Origin: Eledone cirrhosa
Taxonomy: Eukaryota
Assembly (NCBI GenBank): GCA_964016885.1
Contig: OZ024741.1
Location: forward strand, 357,802,001 to 357,866,000
DNA length: 64,000 nucleotides
Direction of reading: 5' to 3'
Below are positions 12,809 to 26,087 of this stretch, piece by piece. How positions within the stretch are numbered: position 1 is the stretch's first letter; every line of letters starts with the position of its first letter. Under the pieces are notes generated by a model that was given only the letters and a program-made list of their open reading frames with translations, ran no database searches and was not told the DNA's origin. Position numbers and translations under genes: made by a program.

Positions 12809-14352
12809 CTTGAAGCCTTTTCATACCATCCTCTTTCAAATCACCTCTGATTCTATGAAACAAAATAACTTATTTTAAAGTGTTTCTATTTAAAATAAAA
12901 CTTTCCAACATGATTTTACTTATGTTAAATTAAGTTACAAATAACAATGAAACAATTCATAATTTTAGTAAATCCCTCTAAATTTAGTCTATAACTATAT
13001 CAGGAAAATAAATACAATTTCATTCACAAGATCAACCAGATATTATGGTAGAAGATACTTGCCTAAGGTTGCGTGTGATTGCAAAATAAACTTCTTAATG
13101 TCACAGTCATGGTTGCACTAGCAAAAGCTGGAGCCAGTAGCCAGGACTGCGGCATTAAGAGTTGAAGCCCTTAACTAAGCAATGTTGAACTTTTTTGGTG
13201 TGAAAAGCAACAACACAAGCCATGGGATCCTCTATATATGCAACATCTATATAAAATTTGAGCAACTTCCATCTGTCCGTCACACAATGTGTGTGTTTGT
13301 GTGAATGTATGTGTGTGTAAAAGGAAGGAAGGAGATTTGAAAAAACTAAGCAAAACAGCGGATGGTGTTTCATTTGCTACACTGTGTGTGTTTGTGTAAA
13401 TTTTATCGCTTGGTCTGTGTGTTTGTGTTTGCGTGTTTATATACTCATACATATAAATATATGCACATACACACATGCACACACATATACACATACGTGT
13501 CAGTGTGTTGAAAAAATTCTAGTACTATAAATAGCAGCCAAATTTCTTTGAAAAGAGAGAAAGTCATCATCATCATCCTTTACATCTACTTTTCCACAAA
13601 CTGGCTCTTCCAGCGCATCTCCCTTACCATCCTCTGGGGAAATGCCTTCTCCATTCTGTCCGCTGGGGCTGTGGGGCAGCCAGCATGTGGGACCCCATTT
13701 GCTCACAATACAGAGAGATGGAGGCGATGACAGTGGGACTTCGGCTCTTCCATGCTGGGACACATTGCACCTGTCATGTGGATCATGTGATTATTTGTAT
13801 TTTTATTTGTGTTAAAATTTAATCACTGCTAGCAGACAACACAGTCTAATTATTTCTTGTTTGAAAATTTTCTCTGATGATTTGAGATTTTCATAGCTAA
13901 TCTCTACATTGCGCAGCAAATTGGCAGACTTATTAGAATATCAGAGAGAGTGCTTTGCAATATTCATTCCAACTCTGCAAGGTTGATAAAAAACGTACGT
14001 ATCGGGTAATGTGGTCGATTCTTCCTCTACATCTCTTTTTCACTATCATTATCTTTCTCCTTCTTGTGAAGAAATCAACTCTTCCGGCCTGGATACAGGA
14101 TGGGTTCCCCCAGATTTAAAGTGCTCAAGACTCAAGGTTTATGGGTCCATACATATAACTTCTACATTATCCTATTCTCCTATTCTTTAATTCCCATGTT
14201 CTTTAGTTCTTTTACATGTTTATATTAGTGGACATGTGCTATCAATAATCATAGCAATAGTTTTGAGTTTTTAGAGTTCAGAATTGATATGACATACATA
14301 ACAGAATTATTGAACAATTATACAGTTACACAAACTAGGAGACTCGGGTTTT

Positions 14353-15394
14353 GATAAATTAATGGAGTGAAAACCACAATGTTCATCAGTTAGCTTAGAC
14401 TCAACAATCTCCCTGAATCTCTTTGCCAGACACTTAGCATAGACTCTACCGGGGAGGCTTAACAAGGAGATCTCTCTCTGTAATTGGAACAATCTCTCCT
14501 GTCTCTTTTTTTGAAAATTGGGATTCTCATTCCTAATTACCATTGCTTAGGTGCCTTTCCAAAGATCCAGGCCACCTGGCACACATTAGTCAGCCAGAGA
14601 ATACCTTCTCTATTTAAGGCTTTTAACATCTCAGGCTGGATTTCATCTTCCCCAGTGGCCTTGCCACATTTGAGCTCTTTAACTGCTCTTGTGACCTTAG
14701 CCTCTGAGAGATTAGTCTCTGCTCCCAGATGCATCTTGTGTACATCAGAAGATGTTGTTGTGATCGGGTTTAGGAGATCAGCAAAGTATTTTCTCCACAG
14801 CAAAGTGTTCATAAGTGATGGAAGGCAGGAGCTGAATTAAGTGCAAGAATTGCAAGGGCTGGTGCAATTATGCGCCAGCTTCAACATTCAGTAATCAGAA
14901 GAAGGGAGGTAAGCATAAAAGCCAAACTTGCTGTCTTCAATTCGGTATTCATGCCAATCCTTACTTACGGTCATGAATCTTGGGTAATGACCAAAAGAAT
15001 ACGATCACAAATACAAGTGGCCGAAATAGGGTTCCTTCAAAGAGTCTTTGAAGTAACGTTACTCGATAGAGTGCATAGCTCAGAGACCAGAGAGTCACTC
15101 CAGGTAGAGCTGCAAAATCTCCAAATTGAGAGATCGCAGCTCCGATAATGCGGGCATGTGGTTAGAATGTCCCAGGAAAGAATCGCTGGACAGATATTAC
15201 GGGCAAAACCAGCCAGCAGGAGACCCAGAGCAAGATGGTTGGAATACATCCATGAGCTTGGCTGGTCTCGCTTGGGGATCCAGCCGGATCAGTTGGAGAT
15301 GGTTGCTTCTGACAGGACCCACTGGAAGAGAATTTGAGGAATCAGCCCCAATGACCCTCTCAGGAATAAGTGGGCGAAGAAGATAAATTAATGG
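14353..15394 (+). mobile_element. RTE-clade LINE insertion with 5' inversion and 13-bp TSD
   Basis: 14366-~14812 encodes the pre-RT region on minus (WRKYFADLLNP..GKATGEDEIQPEMLK..EHCGF). ~14830-15381 encodes the RT 3' region on plus (PILTYGHESWVMT..ERSQLR). gataaattaatgg occurs at 14353-14365 and 15382-15394. Confidence 0.85.
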
Positions 15395-17429
15395 TTTGTA
15401 TAAGAGAAACCCTATAGTTTATGTTGATTTCTAAGATGTGGAAGAGATTAAATGCAAGAATGATATTTTAATAATTTATCTCTAGAATATAATTACATAA
15501 ATGTTCAACATATATGTACAAATGACATACAGAATTATATGTATGAGTAACTTTGGAGAAATAACTATTTACAGGGACAACTGTAGAGTTAGAACCCAAG
15601 ACTTTATTATTGGAAATAGAACTTCTTATTGTAGCAACATGACTGATATAGGAATACATTGTGTGTTCTTCTCTTCTTAAAGACTTCATATTGTATAATG
15701 CAATGCCTTAGAGAAGGATAAAACGAGGGTTTGTTCTCTCTTGCTTTTTCCGCTATTAAGCCTAAGAATATCCTCAATAAATAGAGAAGTTATTACCAAC
15801 AAATATGTCAAAGAAAGATAAGAGTTAAGTGTCCTTCCAAAAATAAAACAGAATTCCCACTGATTTGAACACAAGCTGACAGACCAAGTATTTTAAAGCC
15901 ATTTTTCTTCACCAACAGCAATATTAACTTTGCAGGCAGGGAGGCCATGACAGGCTATATACACATCATGGGGTCCTTTTTAAGACAATGTTTTACAGCC
16001 CATCCTGACACCAACACTTTTAGTTACTTTTTATAACACATGGATACAATGTACTTCTTTTATTGTGGATGTGGTAGAGGCAAAAAGGAGCAAATAAAGT
16101 ATTACTCAGTCTATTTGCCAATGACAAATAGACTCTATCATATCCAACACAAAAAAAGATTTAAAAAAAAAGTTCTTAAAATTTTGTTGCTAAAAAAACA
16201 TTCCTTTTACAATTCATTATTTTTATATTTCACAACTAAACTGATGAAAATATTGCTTTGCTATGTTGACAGCTGTAACCTGAGCATTTCCTTCAAATGC
16301 TTGGAATTAATTAGCTGATCCTTAGCTTCCAACAAGTATCAAAGTATTTAGTTACAGCCAGCTTGGCCTGTCACTGATAGTAAATTGGGGCAAAGCTGGC
16401 TGTCCTAGCATAAACACACACACTCACACAGCTATAAAGAGTCAGATCACACATCAAGGCCAACAGCCATAAGTTGTTTCTAAGAGACAGGTCTGGTTGT
16501 ATATACACCTCACAAGATTCTTCTGGTAGTAAACCAGATTCTTACTTAGTGGGTCATTAGTGCAAGAATAGTATCAAATTTTGTCTGGCATCATCTGAAT
16601 GATTTGGTATATGTCAGTTGCCATTATAAATTCCTTCTTTCAACTTTCTATAATCAAGTGAAGGATCAAGTTTTTATTCCCTTTTTAGACTAGTCTGATA
16701 GAAGTGAACATAGAAACTTACCCACTACTACATAATGTTAAAAAATATATTTATCCATATAAGTATTGAGGTCAACCATCCAAAATCTCTAGCTGCCAAG
16801 GTTTAAACTTAGTTTCACCAACAGCAATATAAATTGAATTTGGTTACACTAATTAGAAGCTAGATGTTAATAATTACTTTCATATATTTCAAATACTTGT
16901 GTATTTATTGAACTCTAGAAGCTATGAGGTGTCATATATTGAAGTATTTTAATGTATGTTTGGTCATAACTCAACCATTTAAAGTATCTTGAAAATAATC
17001 TATTCTTTGTGATCCAATAATGCATCTAGTCCATGCTATAAAGTGGTTAGTAATAGGAAGGGCATCTAACTGTAAAAATCATGTAAAACAAAAAGTATTC
17101 CAAAGGGGTTTTTGTAAAAATCATGCAAAAAAAAAAAAAAAAAAAAAAAAAGGTGGGGACTCCTTAATCTGGTGAGAGACAAGCTTTCTAGTGCAATGAA
17201 GTAGTTGTCTCTTTCTAGTTGTCATATGGCAAACGACTATAACAAGTAGAGACATTGTTACAGGCATAAAATAATTCATGATTCATCATTTTACATTTGC
17301 ATTCTATACGGATATGGGTTGGATGGGTTGTCATGGTTTGAGAAGCAGTAGATCAGAGAAACTTCATCTTGCTAATGCGCTTCATCTTTGGCATCGTTTC
17401 TACTGCTAGATCGTTTTCCTGACAGATCC

Positions 17430-18320
17430 TGAACACTATAGATCTTGCCTGCAATCTGACCTGGACACAATGCAACAATGGATCACAGACTGGCAACTCA
17501 AGCTAGTTGTGGACAAGTATACCACCATGGATTTTGGGAGTAAAAACCCAGCGTCCACATACTCCCTCCACAACACTAATATCAAGAAGTCTTCTTGTGA
17601 ACGTGACCTGGGCATTACTGTCAGCAGTGATTTGCATTGGACGAAGCACGTCTCTAAAATTGTCAAGAGGGCCGAGGGTGTCTTAGCATCACTCAGCAAG
17701 ACCTTTGCCAGCTGCTCTCTAGCTATCTATTTAAAGCTGTATATCGCTATGGTGCTGCCACACTTAGAATTTGCATCACCAGTCTGGAACCCCCAACTTG
17801 CTCAGAACATTGACCGCCTGGAAACTGTTCAGAGACGTGCAATCAAGCGAATACCCTCCATCAGGCATCTACCATATTCTGAACGCCTTACATCCCTGGG
17901 CATGGATACATTGAAGCTTCGATGTCTGGCAACTGACTTGGTAAACACCCACAAAATTATTAACCATCTTGCCAACAACAACCTTTTTGCTTTCCATGTG
18001 TCTAACACACGTGGGCATGCCAACAAAGTCAGAAAACAGCACAGCTCCCATGACTTTCAGAAACATTTTTTCACGCTCTGAGTTGCTGAAGCATGGAACA
18101 AACTCCCGGCATCAGTTGTTAGCTGTCGAGACACTGCATCCTTTAAAACCTTCATGCTTCCTGAGATTCGCCAACACTACACCTAATACTTCCCCTCCAT
18201 ACACACGCATATCATGACTCATACCCTATTCACTTCCCCGACATTTGTACATTATTCTATGTACTATACATGCATCTTTGATGAGTTGTAGTGCACCTGA
18301 GCACTGTACACAATAATTTT
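17430..18320 (+). mobile_element. 5'-truncated CR1-clade LINE
   Basis: ORF 17470..18081 is homologous to the other CR1 copies, with a premature TGA and the same 3' UTR. Confidence 0.9.
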
Positions 18321-18359
18321 TTTATTTTTTAATATGACCAGTTTTTCATGAAATATAGT

Positions 18360-18551
18360 TCAACCCTTTAGCATTTAAACCAGCCAAAATTCTCTGACCT
18401 CTTCTGTTCAAACCAGCTGCCATACTTATTATTTATGTTGAGAACAATATCTTTAGATATCAAAATTTTGTAGATTTGATATTATAAGATAAAGTGTTTA
18501 CCTTGAAAATACAATAGTAAATATAGCGAGATGTAAATGCTAAAGGGTTAA
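18360..18551. mobile_element. piggyBac-like MITE
   Basis: tcaa|ccctttagcattta ... taaatgctaaaggg|ttaa; 14-bp TIRs. Confidence 0.75.
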
Positions 18552-18609
18552 AGGTATATGGCCCATTTGAAGCTGACATTCTTTGTTTATTAATCTTATT
18601 TAGTGCCTG

Positions 18610-19950
18610 GTACATTTTCAATGCTGACAGATCTGGTTGAGATAATGGAGGATTGAAATTTGATAGCCTATCACTAGATTCCTCCCGCAATGTTTTCCAC
18701 CCTTAACAAATTATGTTTTTTGCTTATTGATTTGTTGTAGGTTTGATAAACTATCTATAAATAGAAAACCTTTTTCCCCATGGAATTTCTTTAGCCGAGT
18801 CTATGGATAATATTCCCCACCATTCAAATATTGTAAAACCATGGCATAATATAAAGCTCATATCTATCACTATTTTGAAAAGACTTTCTCATTATTAAAC
18901 TGGTGTTTGGAACTACAGTTGGTAATAAAAGAAAGGGCTAAAAAAATAAATAATTCAAACTAAAATAAAAAAAAAAGAGAAAAGGAGAAAACAAATAAAA
19001 TAACAAAAATAAAATTTCAAATATTGAAGGCCAATGGGAAGCAGATTATGCATAAGAAAACAAGGGAAGCTGTAAAACAGCGAGAAGTTTCGATTGTTGA
19101 ATCTTTTCGTAGCTTCCATGTACTCAAAGATTTTATTTATATTTGGTAGACCTGTAATCAAACATTGAACTTCCAGCCTTGGTATTTTTTTTAAAGATTG
19201 GTTTCGGCATGACCTCTCTCTCAGACTGATAGTTTCTATCTACATTGGAACAAATAGTGCCGAAGAGTTTCTGGAAAGTCACCACAAGAACATGGTGAAA
19301 CTCTATGACCTGGTCATGATAGAATTTTGTTCAAAGGTATGTCAAGTTCGAAGCCAGCATAGTCTTTTTTTATTTGCATTACTCAATGATCGATAAGTTC
19401 TGAATGTTGTCAAATCTGGTTGAGAAAATGGGTGGTTGAAATTTGAGAGCTTATCTCTGGATTCTTCCCAAAATGTTTCCCACCCTTGATTACACAAATC
19501 TTTCGCAGGTAAAATCATTTAGTCTATATCTATTACTTCCCTTTGTGCTACTGCTTTTGTTAATTCGTCTACTTTCCTATTTCCTCTAATATCTGTATGG
19601 CCCGATATCCAAATCAGATATTTCTTTATTTTGTGAGAGGTAGTTATCTATTTTTAGCAGAGAGTTCTCAATATCTCTAACCCGACCATTTTTTCTTGAC
19701 TGAAGTAATTCTAAGTTCGATAGACTATCAGTAAATAGGAAACCATTTTTCCAGGGCAACTCCATAGTCGAATCTATGGATAACGTAATTCTTCACCATT
19801 TTGCATCAAATATAGTGTAATCCTGATGTAATCTGAAGTTCATATCTTTATAATTATTCTTGAAAGACCAAGTAGCTCCACAACCCTTGTCCGAATGTGT
19901 TCCCTCTGTGTAGCAGACCCTAACGACCACTACTACATTTGTTGCAGATT
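18610..19950 (-). mobile_element. remnants (two diverged copies) of an RNase H-containing LINE (I/Nimb/R1-group-like)
   Basis: Minus translation near 19540-19615 gives WISGHTDIRGNRKVDELTK (RNase H motif). Near 19240-19360 it gives WLRT.HT and CSCGDFPETLRHYLFQC (CCHC knuckle). 18610-18900 resembles parts of 19400-19870. Confidence 0.7.
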
Positions 19951-20399
19951 ATGACCCATTAGAAAACATATAACAAAGGAAACTTTAGTGATGGCAGAGT
20001 TGCTTCCCTTGAACCTGTCTGACATGGGAATTTTCAAATAACTTTCTATACACTTAGCTATGAACGATGGCATGACGGAGGGGTGAAGATGTTTGTTTCG
20101 CAATCATTAGGCCCTGAATGCAGGCATATCTGCTAAGTGATTTAGAAATTCGAATTCTTTGTGCGTCTTTACCAGGTGAATTCAAGCCATGAACTTATCA
20201 CACCCAGACTTATTTCCCAGCTACCCTATACACGTCTCTATACACACACCACTATTTGTTATACTCAGATCATATCCCACTTACCCTAAAAACCTCTCTA
20301 TACACCCCACTATCTTACCCAGACAACAGTCTACCACTTCTCTCTACACCCCACTATTATACTCAGACCACATCCCATCCACACTACAAACCTCTCTAA

Positions 20400-20860
20400 A
20401 TGCAGCACTGAAGGGAAAGGTGTAAGCTGCATGTGTGAGAAGTGCCATGATTTATGGGAGCACAACATGGGTGATGAACATAAAGCAGCAGAGAGGGCTG
20501 GAAACAATGTAAATGAGAATGGTTTGATAGATGAGTTGTATATCGCTGAGAGAATGGAAGACAAACAAATGAACTGCAAAGAATGGTGAGAATAAAACCA
20601 GTGATGAATGTTGAAGAAAAAAAATGGAATGAGATGGTTGGGTTATGTTTTGAAGAAGGATGAAAGTGACTGGATGTGAGGATGGAAATGAATATGAAAG
20701 GAAGTAGAGGAAGAGAAAGACCAAGAAAGACTTGGAAGAGGAAATGAAAGCTAGGTCTTGGTGAGAAAGGATGCAGATGGTAGGGAAAATGTAGAAGCTT
20801 CTTATGGGGTCAGCAAGACTAATCCCAGCTTTAGCAGGGAAGATGGCACAAAAATGCTTG
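20400..20860 (+). mobile_element. old RTE LINE 3' fragment
   Basis: Degenerate KGKV.AACVRSAMIYGS.TW...W.GYVLRR motif string. Confidence 0.6.
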
Positions 20861-21713
20861 TGTTGAACTTGTCTATGCTAAAATAAAAATAAAATATTAC
20901 ATGAAGATTATTTTTTATAAATGTTATTCAATCTCAAAGCATAAAATTATTAAAATGAAATTAACAGGAAAAAAAAAAAATCTTTAAATTTTATTTTACA
21001 AATCTAAAAATTACAATTTCTCTGTAATACGGTCACACTGCTGGAGATTCAAAGTTCAGTGAATGAGAATAAAATATTGGCTTTGTTACAATTGTCCCTG
21101 CATGAGCCCTTTTTTGTTTTGTTTTATTTTTGCCATCAAATCTTTCTGTTGCAATTCTTTATGAAAGCTGATAATCAACTATGTTTATTTACACACAGTC
21201 AGCAACTCAATCTGAAATATAAGATTCCATCAGGTAAATTGAAAATGTTTTCAAAAGATAAAGCTCCAGAAAAAGATCATTTTCAAAGCTTATCGACTCC
21301 AATGTTAACAACCATGTTAGTTTTTTTATATAACAATATATTTGGGCCAGATGCAGTCAGTGTTCACTGCACCACCAAATATTTTCACGCCATCTTTTTT
21401 CTGTTCTTTTCTTTTCTTTTCAATTCAAGCAACCCAACATATACTTGCTGAATATTATAAACAAGAAGTTGATTGCATGACAGCAGTATTAGAGCAATCT
21501 GCCAGGATGAAGAAGGGTGGAGGAAAGAATAAAAGAAATATGGTTTATCTGGATTTTTTAAAAGTCTGTTGTAGGCTAAAACGCCTTTATTAGATTTTCA
21601 ATTTCTATTGTAGAACACACACATTTATACATTTGACTGATATGAATGAAAAAGATGAGAATGAATTGTGGATATAATAAATCTTTCGAAACAGCTGAAT
21701 TAAAATATGTAAA

Positions 21714-21784
21714 CAGACTTAAGAGTTTCATGATGTTAATGCTTCATCAAAGTTGACTTTCATGAAGCATTAGTTTCTTCAGTG
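21714..21784 (-). ncRNA. degenerate hammerhead ribozyme-like motif
   Basis: Minus strand: CA-CTGAAGA-aac-TAATGCTTCAT...ATGAAGCATTA-acatcat-GAAA-CT-CTTA-AGTC-TG. The core and GUC triplet are intact; stem I is only 2 bp. Confidence 0.4.
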
Positions 21785-24024
21785 AAAATTAGATGTATAA
21801 TTAAATAAAAGGGACAAGTTAATGGTAGTTATCCTGTACTATATATATATATATATATATATAAATAAGAGACAGAGATATGAAAGGTAATAGGTTAACT
21901 TATACTTAACTATCATACTATCCTGAAGAAAACTAGCATGGTTCACAAAATACAAGTGAAAATAAATTACTCACTTGGGTTTTTCTATACCAGTTAAAGA
22001 AATGAAAATGAAATCCTTGCAAAACACTATCGAAGAAAGATTAAAATAGGAATTCCAATATAGTTTGTATGTCCTTACATAGATCGAGAAAAAAAATATA
22101 AGAACAGCAGAAACACTGAGTAAAAACAATGGTAGTCAGAAGATGAGAAGAATCTCATAGCAATATGATCAGTGAGAAACACTTGCTCTGAGGAACACAT
22201 TTTAAAAAGGAAATAACAAATAAATCCGAAAATGTGCTAAGAAGATGAGTGTTGGTTAATAAAATAACTAACTGAAATAAAAATTTTAGACAATAAATGA
22301 TGAAATTACTACAGTTAAATAAATAAAACAAAAAAGAAAGCATATTTTAAAATGCTCTCAATATATGCCTACTGAAATATGTTAAAACTAAATTATTATT
22401 TTAATAACACACACAAAAAAAAAAAAAAAAAGAGAAATGCTTGCAAAAAAAATTAAGATCGATTAAAAACGTTATCGTAATGCTGCTTGTCTAGAAATAT
22501 TGACAACTGCAAAGCAAGGAGACATCAAATTACAACAGCCTTGTTTTGCAATGTCTTTGCACAAAAAAACAAAACAAAAACAAGACAGGATGATGAAAAA
22601 ATAAAAGAATCTATTTGCTAGATGTGAAAAATAAGTTGAAATAGATTTATCAAACTACTCCTACAAGATAAATTGAGAAAGAAACTGCCTTTAAGTTACA
22701 TAAGAAAATTTAAAATTTTGAACTTCAATGTCTATTGCTATATATTATTTTCGAAAGAGAAAAACCAACTGAAATAAAATTTTAGACAATAAATGATGAT
22801 ATAACTACAGTATATTTTAAAATGCTCTCAATATATGCCTACTGAAATATGTTAAAACTAAATTATTGTTTTAATAACATATACTGCGATATATTATTTT
22901 CGAAAGGGAATATAATGGAGATTGATATATTTTTTTAAAACATGCCATACATGTAATCCAGCACTATGAAACATTAGATTAATCCAAACCAGAAGAAGGC
23001 AACAAAAAGTAGATAGATAATAATGTGAGATGGGGTTGATTGGCTGATCACAGGTAATTGTATGATAACATAGTAGATGAACTGAAAAAAGGTAAAAGGA
23101 AAAGTAGAATAATGAAAGAATGAATCTGAAATAAAACTGATGGAAAATAAAAAGATAAAACTGTATATAATTTAAAAAATTAAGAGAGATTTGTAAATGA
23201 GACTTATGAGTGAATGGAATTTCTAATCTTTCAAATTGATACTGTGTACCATTTTTTCAGATAATATCCTATCATCATTTTTGTTTTTGTTATGAAATAT
23301 TAACATGAATAGTCAAATGAGTGATTTTCTAATAATTTAATCCACATGACTTTCTCAGACATTTCAGAAATGAAAAAGTAGTGCATCAATTAATGTGTGT
23401 GACTGCAAAATTCTTAATATCCAGCAATGGTGTTACACTTTAGAATCAGTAGAGTCATCAAAATTTCATTGCCCTAAAAAACAGTACCCGAAGATTTTGT
23501 GAGAGAAAAAAAAAAAAAATCTCTAACAAAACACTGCGTTTGTAAATAACAATGTAACCATTGCATGGGAAATAAAAATGTATAATTCGTAGAATTTAGC
23601 ATGGGCTTAACACAGGCAACACTCCCACAAACGAGGAGCAGTTATTGTTCATTATCTCCATGGTATATTCAGCAGCAATAAGTAATTTCACAGACTGTGA
23701 TCATCCTCATAACATATTGCTATCGTTTATTTCTGTAGCAAAAGCTACGAAAATAATGTGGGGGAGGGGGGAGGGACAAGAAAACAAACAAACAAACAAA
23801 CAAAAAAACTTGGAATACAACATATGGCAACAGATTGTAAAATGTAAGGGCTGCAATGCTAACATCAGCAAGCAATAACAACAGCCAGAAGATTGAATGG
23901 CAATCTGATCATGTTAAGTTACACTGGCAGAGCTGAGAATTAAGCAGCTTCTTCAGGAATGACAAAAATAATAGAATCTCTTGTAGAAAGGAGGGGTGGA
24001 AGAGGGAACACAGTTGATATTATC

Positions 24025-25591
24025 TCAATAATCAGAAGTTGCAACAGGTGATGGAGGTGGTGGGTAGGGATTGAAACTGCGCTCTGTAGAAGGTGATGGA
24101 GGACAACTCATATCGTCAGATAAATAATGACTCCGTGGTGACGGTGGAGGTGGGTGTGGGGCAGAGTCGTAACTTAGTTCGATTAGTGAGTGATTTAAAT
24201 AATACTTCTGACAGGGATATGGTTCACTTTCTTCATACACATCTGTGCTATAAGGAGTTGTTGGTGGTGGAGGAACGTGCCGGAACTTGTATGTCCGAAA
24301 TGAACGAACCGTGGAAGGACTATTGGAAGAATAACAGAAATCTCCGGTATATAATGAACGGTCTGTGACAGGAGTTGGTGGTGGGTTTAAAGTTCCTTTT
24401 GGGTATTGGGTCACAGTAGAGCTGCTGGATGAGGCCCCTGTCACATGATTCCTGTCATAAAGGGGGGCAGGGACCGAACTCAAGGACAAACCAGTTCCAA
24501 CAGATTTACCACGAGAAAACATTGTGTGGGGGGGAGTGATATTTTTGGGACAAGGGTTTAAAGGCTTATTAACCATCATTATTTCATGATCGTTGGCAGT
24601 ATTGGGTGGCGACTTTCGGCGACAAGCAAATACAATAACTAATATAAGCAACGAGACAAAGACAACCACAAAGCCAACAGTGTATTGAGCAGTGTTAGCA
24701 TCACGCATTGGTGCTGGTTTAGGGAACTGACAATCCCATTCATCAGATCCATCAGAACAGTCATCTCGCTTATTGCAGCGTAACTCAGAATTAATGCATG
24801 GACCATCATTGCAATATGTTTGACCACTAGGACAGCATTTCTCTTCATCAGTGCCATCCTCACAATCTTTTTCCCCATTACAAACCAAAATCTTTTTTAT
24901 TGTATTTCCATTAGCACAAGTAAAACGTATTGCCATGACTGGACAGTTGTTTTCATCTGATTCGTCAACACACTCAGCAATACCGTCACAGTGCCATGCA
25001 GCAGGAATGCATTTGATGTCACCTGTGACACATGTAAACTGTTCAGGAGAACAAGTCGGTGGATCTGAACAGGTTTGTTCATCATTTGTAAGAGCCAAAG
25101 CAACTGGGCAGGAACAACGTGCTGTACCATCCCCCTTTGCTACGCAAATATGCGAACATTTGCCAGTGTCAGGGTAGCAGGGGTGCTTTTGGAATTCTTC
25201 TTCGTTAATCATTTGAACAGCATGAATATCAGTTAATCCCTGAATGCGACGACCTTGCATACGATATCTTATATGAGTATCAGCATGATTAATCCATTGA
25301 ATAAGCTGTTGGTCTTTATCAATCCAGTAAACATATTGTCCAAGAACAGCTAATCCATTTGGGTGTTCAACTTCACTGTCAACAAGAATTTTTCTATTTC
25401 CACCGGAAAGGTCAGAACATTCAATGCGGTTCAACTCCAAGTCGGACCAGTAGAGACGCTGGGACTTGTAATCAATGGTCAAGGCAGTTGGATGTTTTAA
25501 GTCATTGCTAAACAAAACTGTTTTCTCTGTTCCATCCATAGCAGCCATTTCAATCTTTGGTGGTTTTACCATGTTCGTCCAATAAATGTGA
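24025..25591 (-). CDS. LRP6: LRP5/6 terminal coding exon (end of propeller 4, EGF4, 3 LDLa repeats, TM, intracellular domain)
   Basis: AG acceptor at 25592-93; GHIYWTN..LYWSD..YVYWID; three LDLa repeats; TM YTVGFVVVFVSLLILVIVFAC; five PPP(S/T)P-type motifs; TGA at 24025-27. Confidence 0.97.
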
Positions 25592-25684
25592 CTGCAACAA
25601 AGAAGAAAACTTATTATTATCTACAAGAGCAATTGAAACGAAAATTTGAATACATTTGTGAAAGATATGCATAGGAAAGACACA

Positions 25685-25850
25685 AGGTACAGGCATAGTT
25701 GTGTGGTTTAAGGAGCTCATTTCACAATGATGTGGTTCCAGGTTCAGTCCAAATGTGTGGCACATAGGGCAAAGGTCTTCTACAACAGTCTTGGGTTGAC
25801 CTATGCCATGTGTGTGGAATTAGGTAGATAGAAACTGTGTGGAAGTCCAC
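25685..25850 (+). mobile_element. tRNA-derived SINE (representative copy)
   Basis: A/B-box-like head (ggcatagttgtgtggtttaag...ggttcagtcc) plus a body shared with copies at ~30820, ~38760-38940(-) and ~43350-43500(-). Confidence 0.6.
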
Positions 25851-26087
25851 TGTATATATGAGAATGTGTTTTGTGTGACCACGTTTATGTTTATCATTTG
25901 TTTATGTCCTGCAACATAACAGTTCTATAAAATAAGTATCTGAATTGAAAAGAAAATAAGCACAGGTGTTGATATAATCAACTAAACCTTTAACGTGATG
26001 CCCCTGCATAGCCTCAGTCTAATGACTGAAAACAGCCAAAGACTAAAAGAAAAAGAGAATACAAATAACTAAGAAAATAATACCTAC

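Noticed and set aside
12513-12878. Repeat-protein ORFs on both strands (11-aa period)
   Set aside because: By-product of a 33-bp unit; no coding context or splice evidence.
24025-25572. Stand-alone 515-aa gene or retrocopy
   Set aside because: It has a good AG acceptor at 25592-93 in phase with the upstream exon; it is the last exon of LRP5/6.
25685-25760. tRNA genes
   Set aside because: The A/B-box-like heads belong to decayed SINEs; I could not form a cloverleaf.
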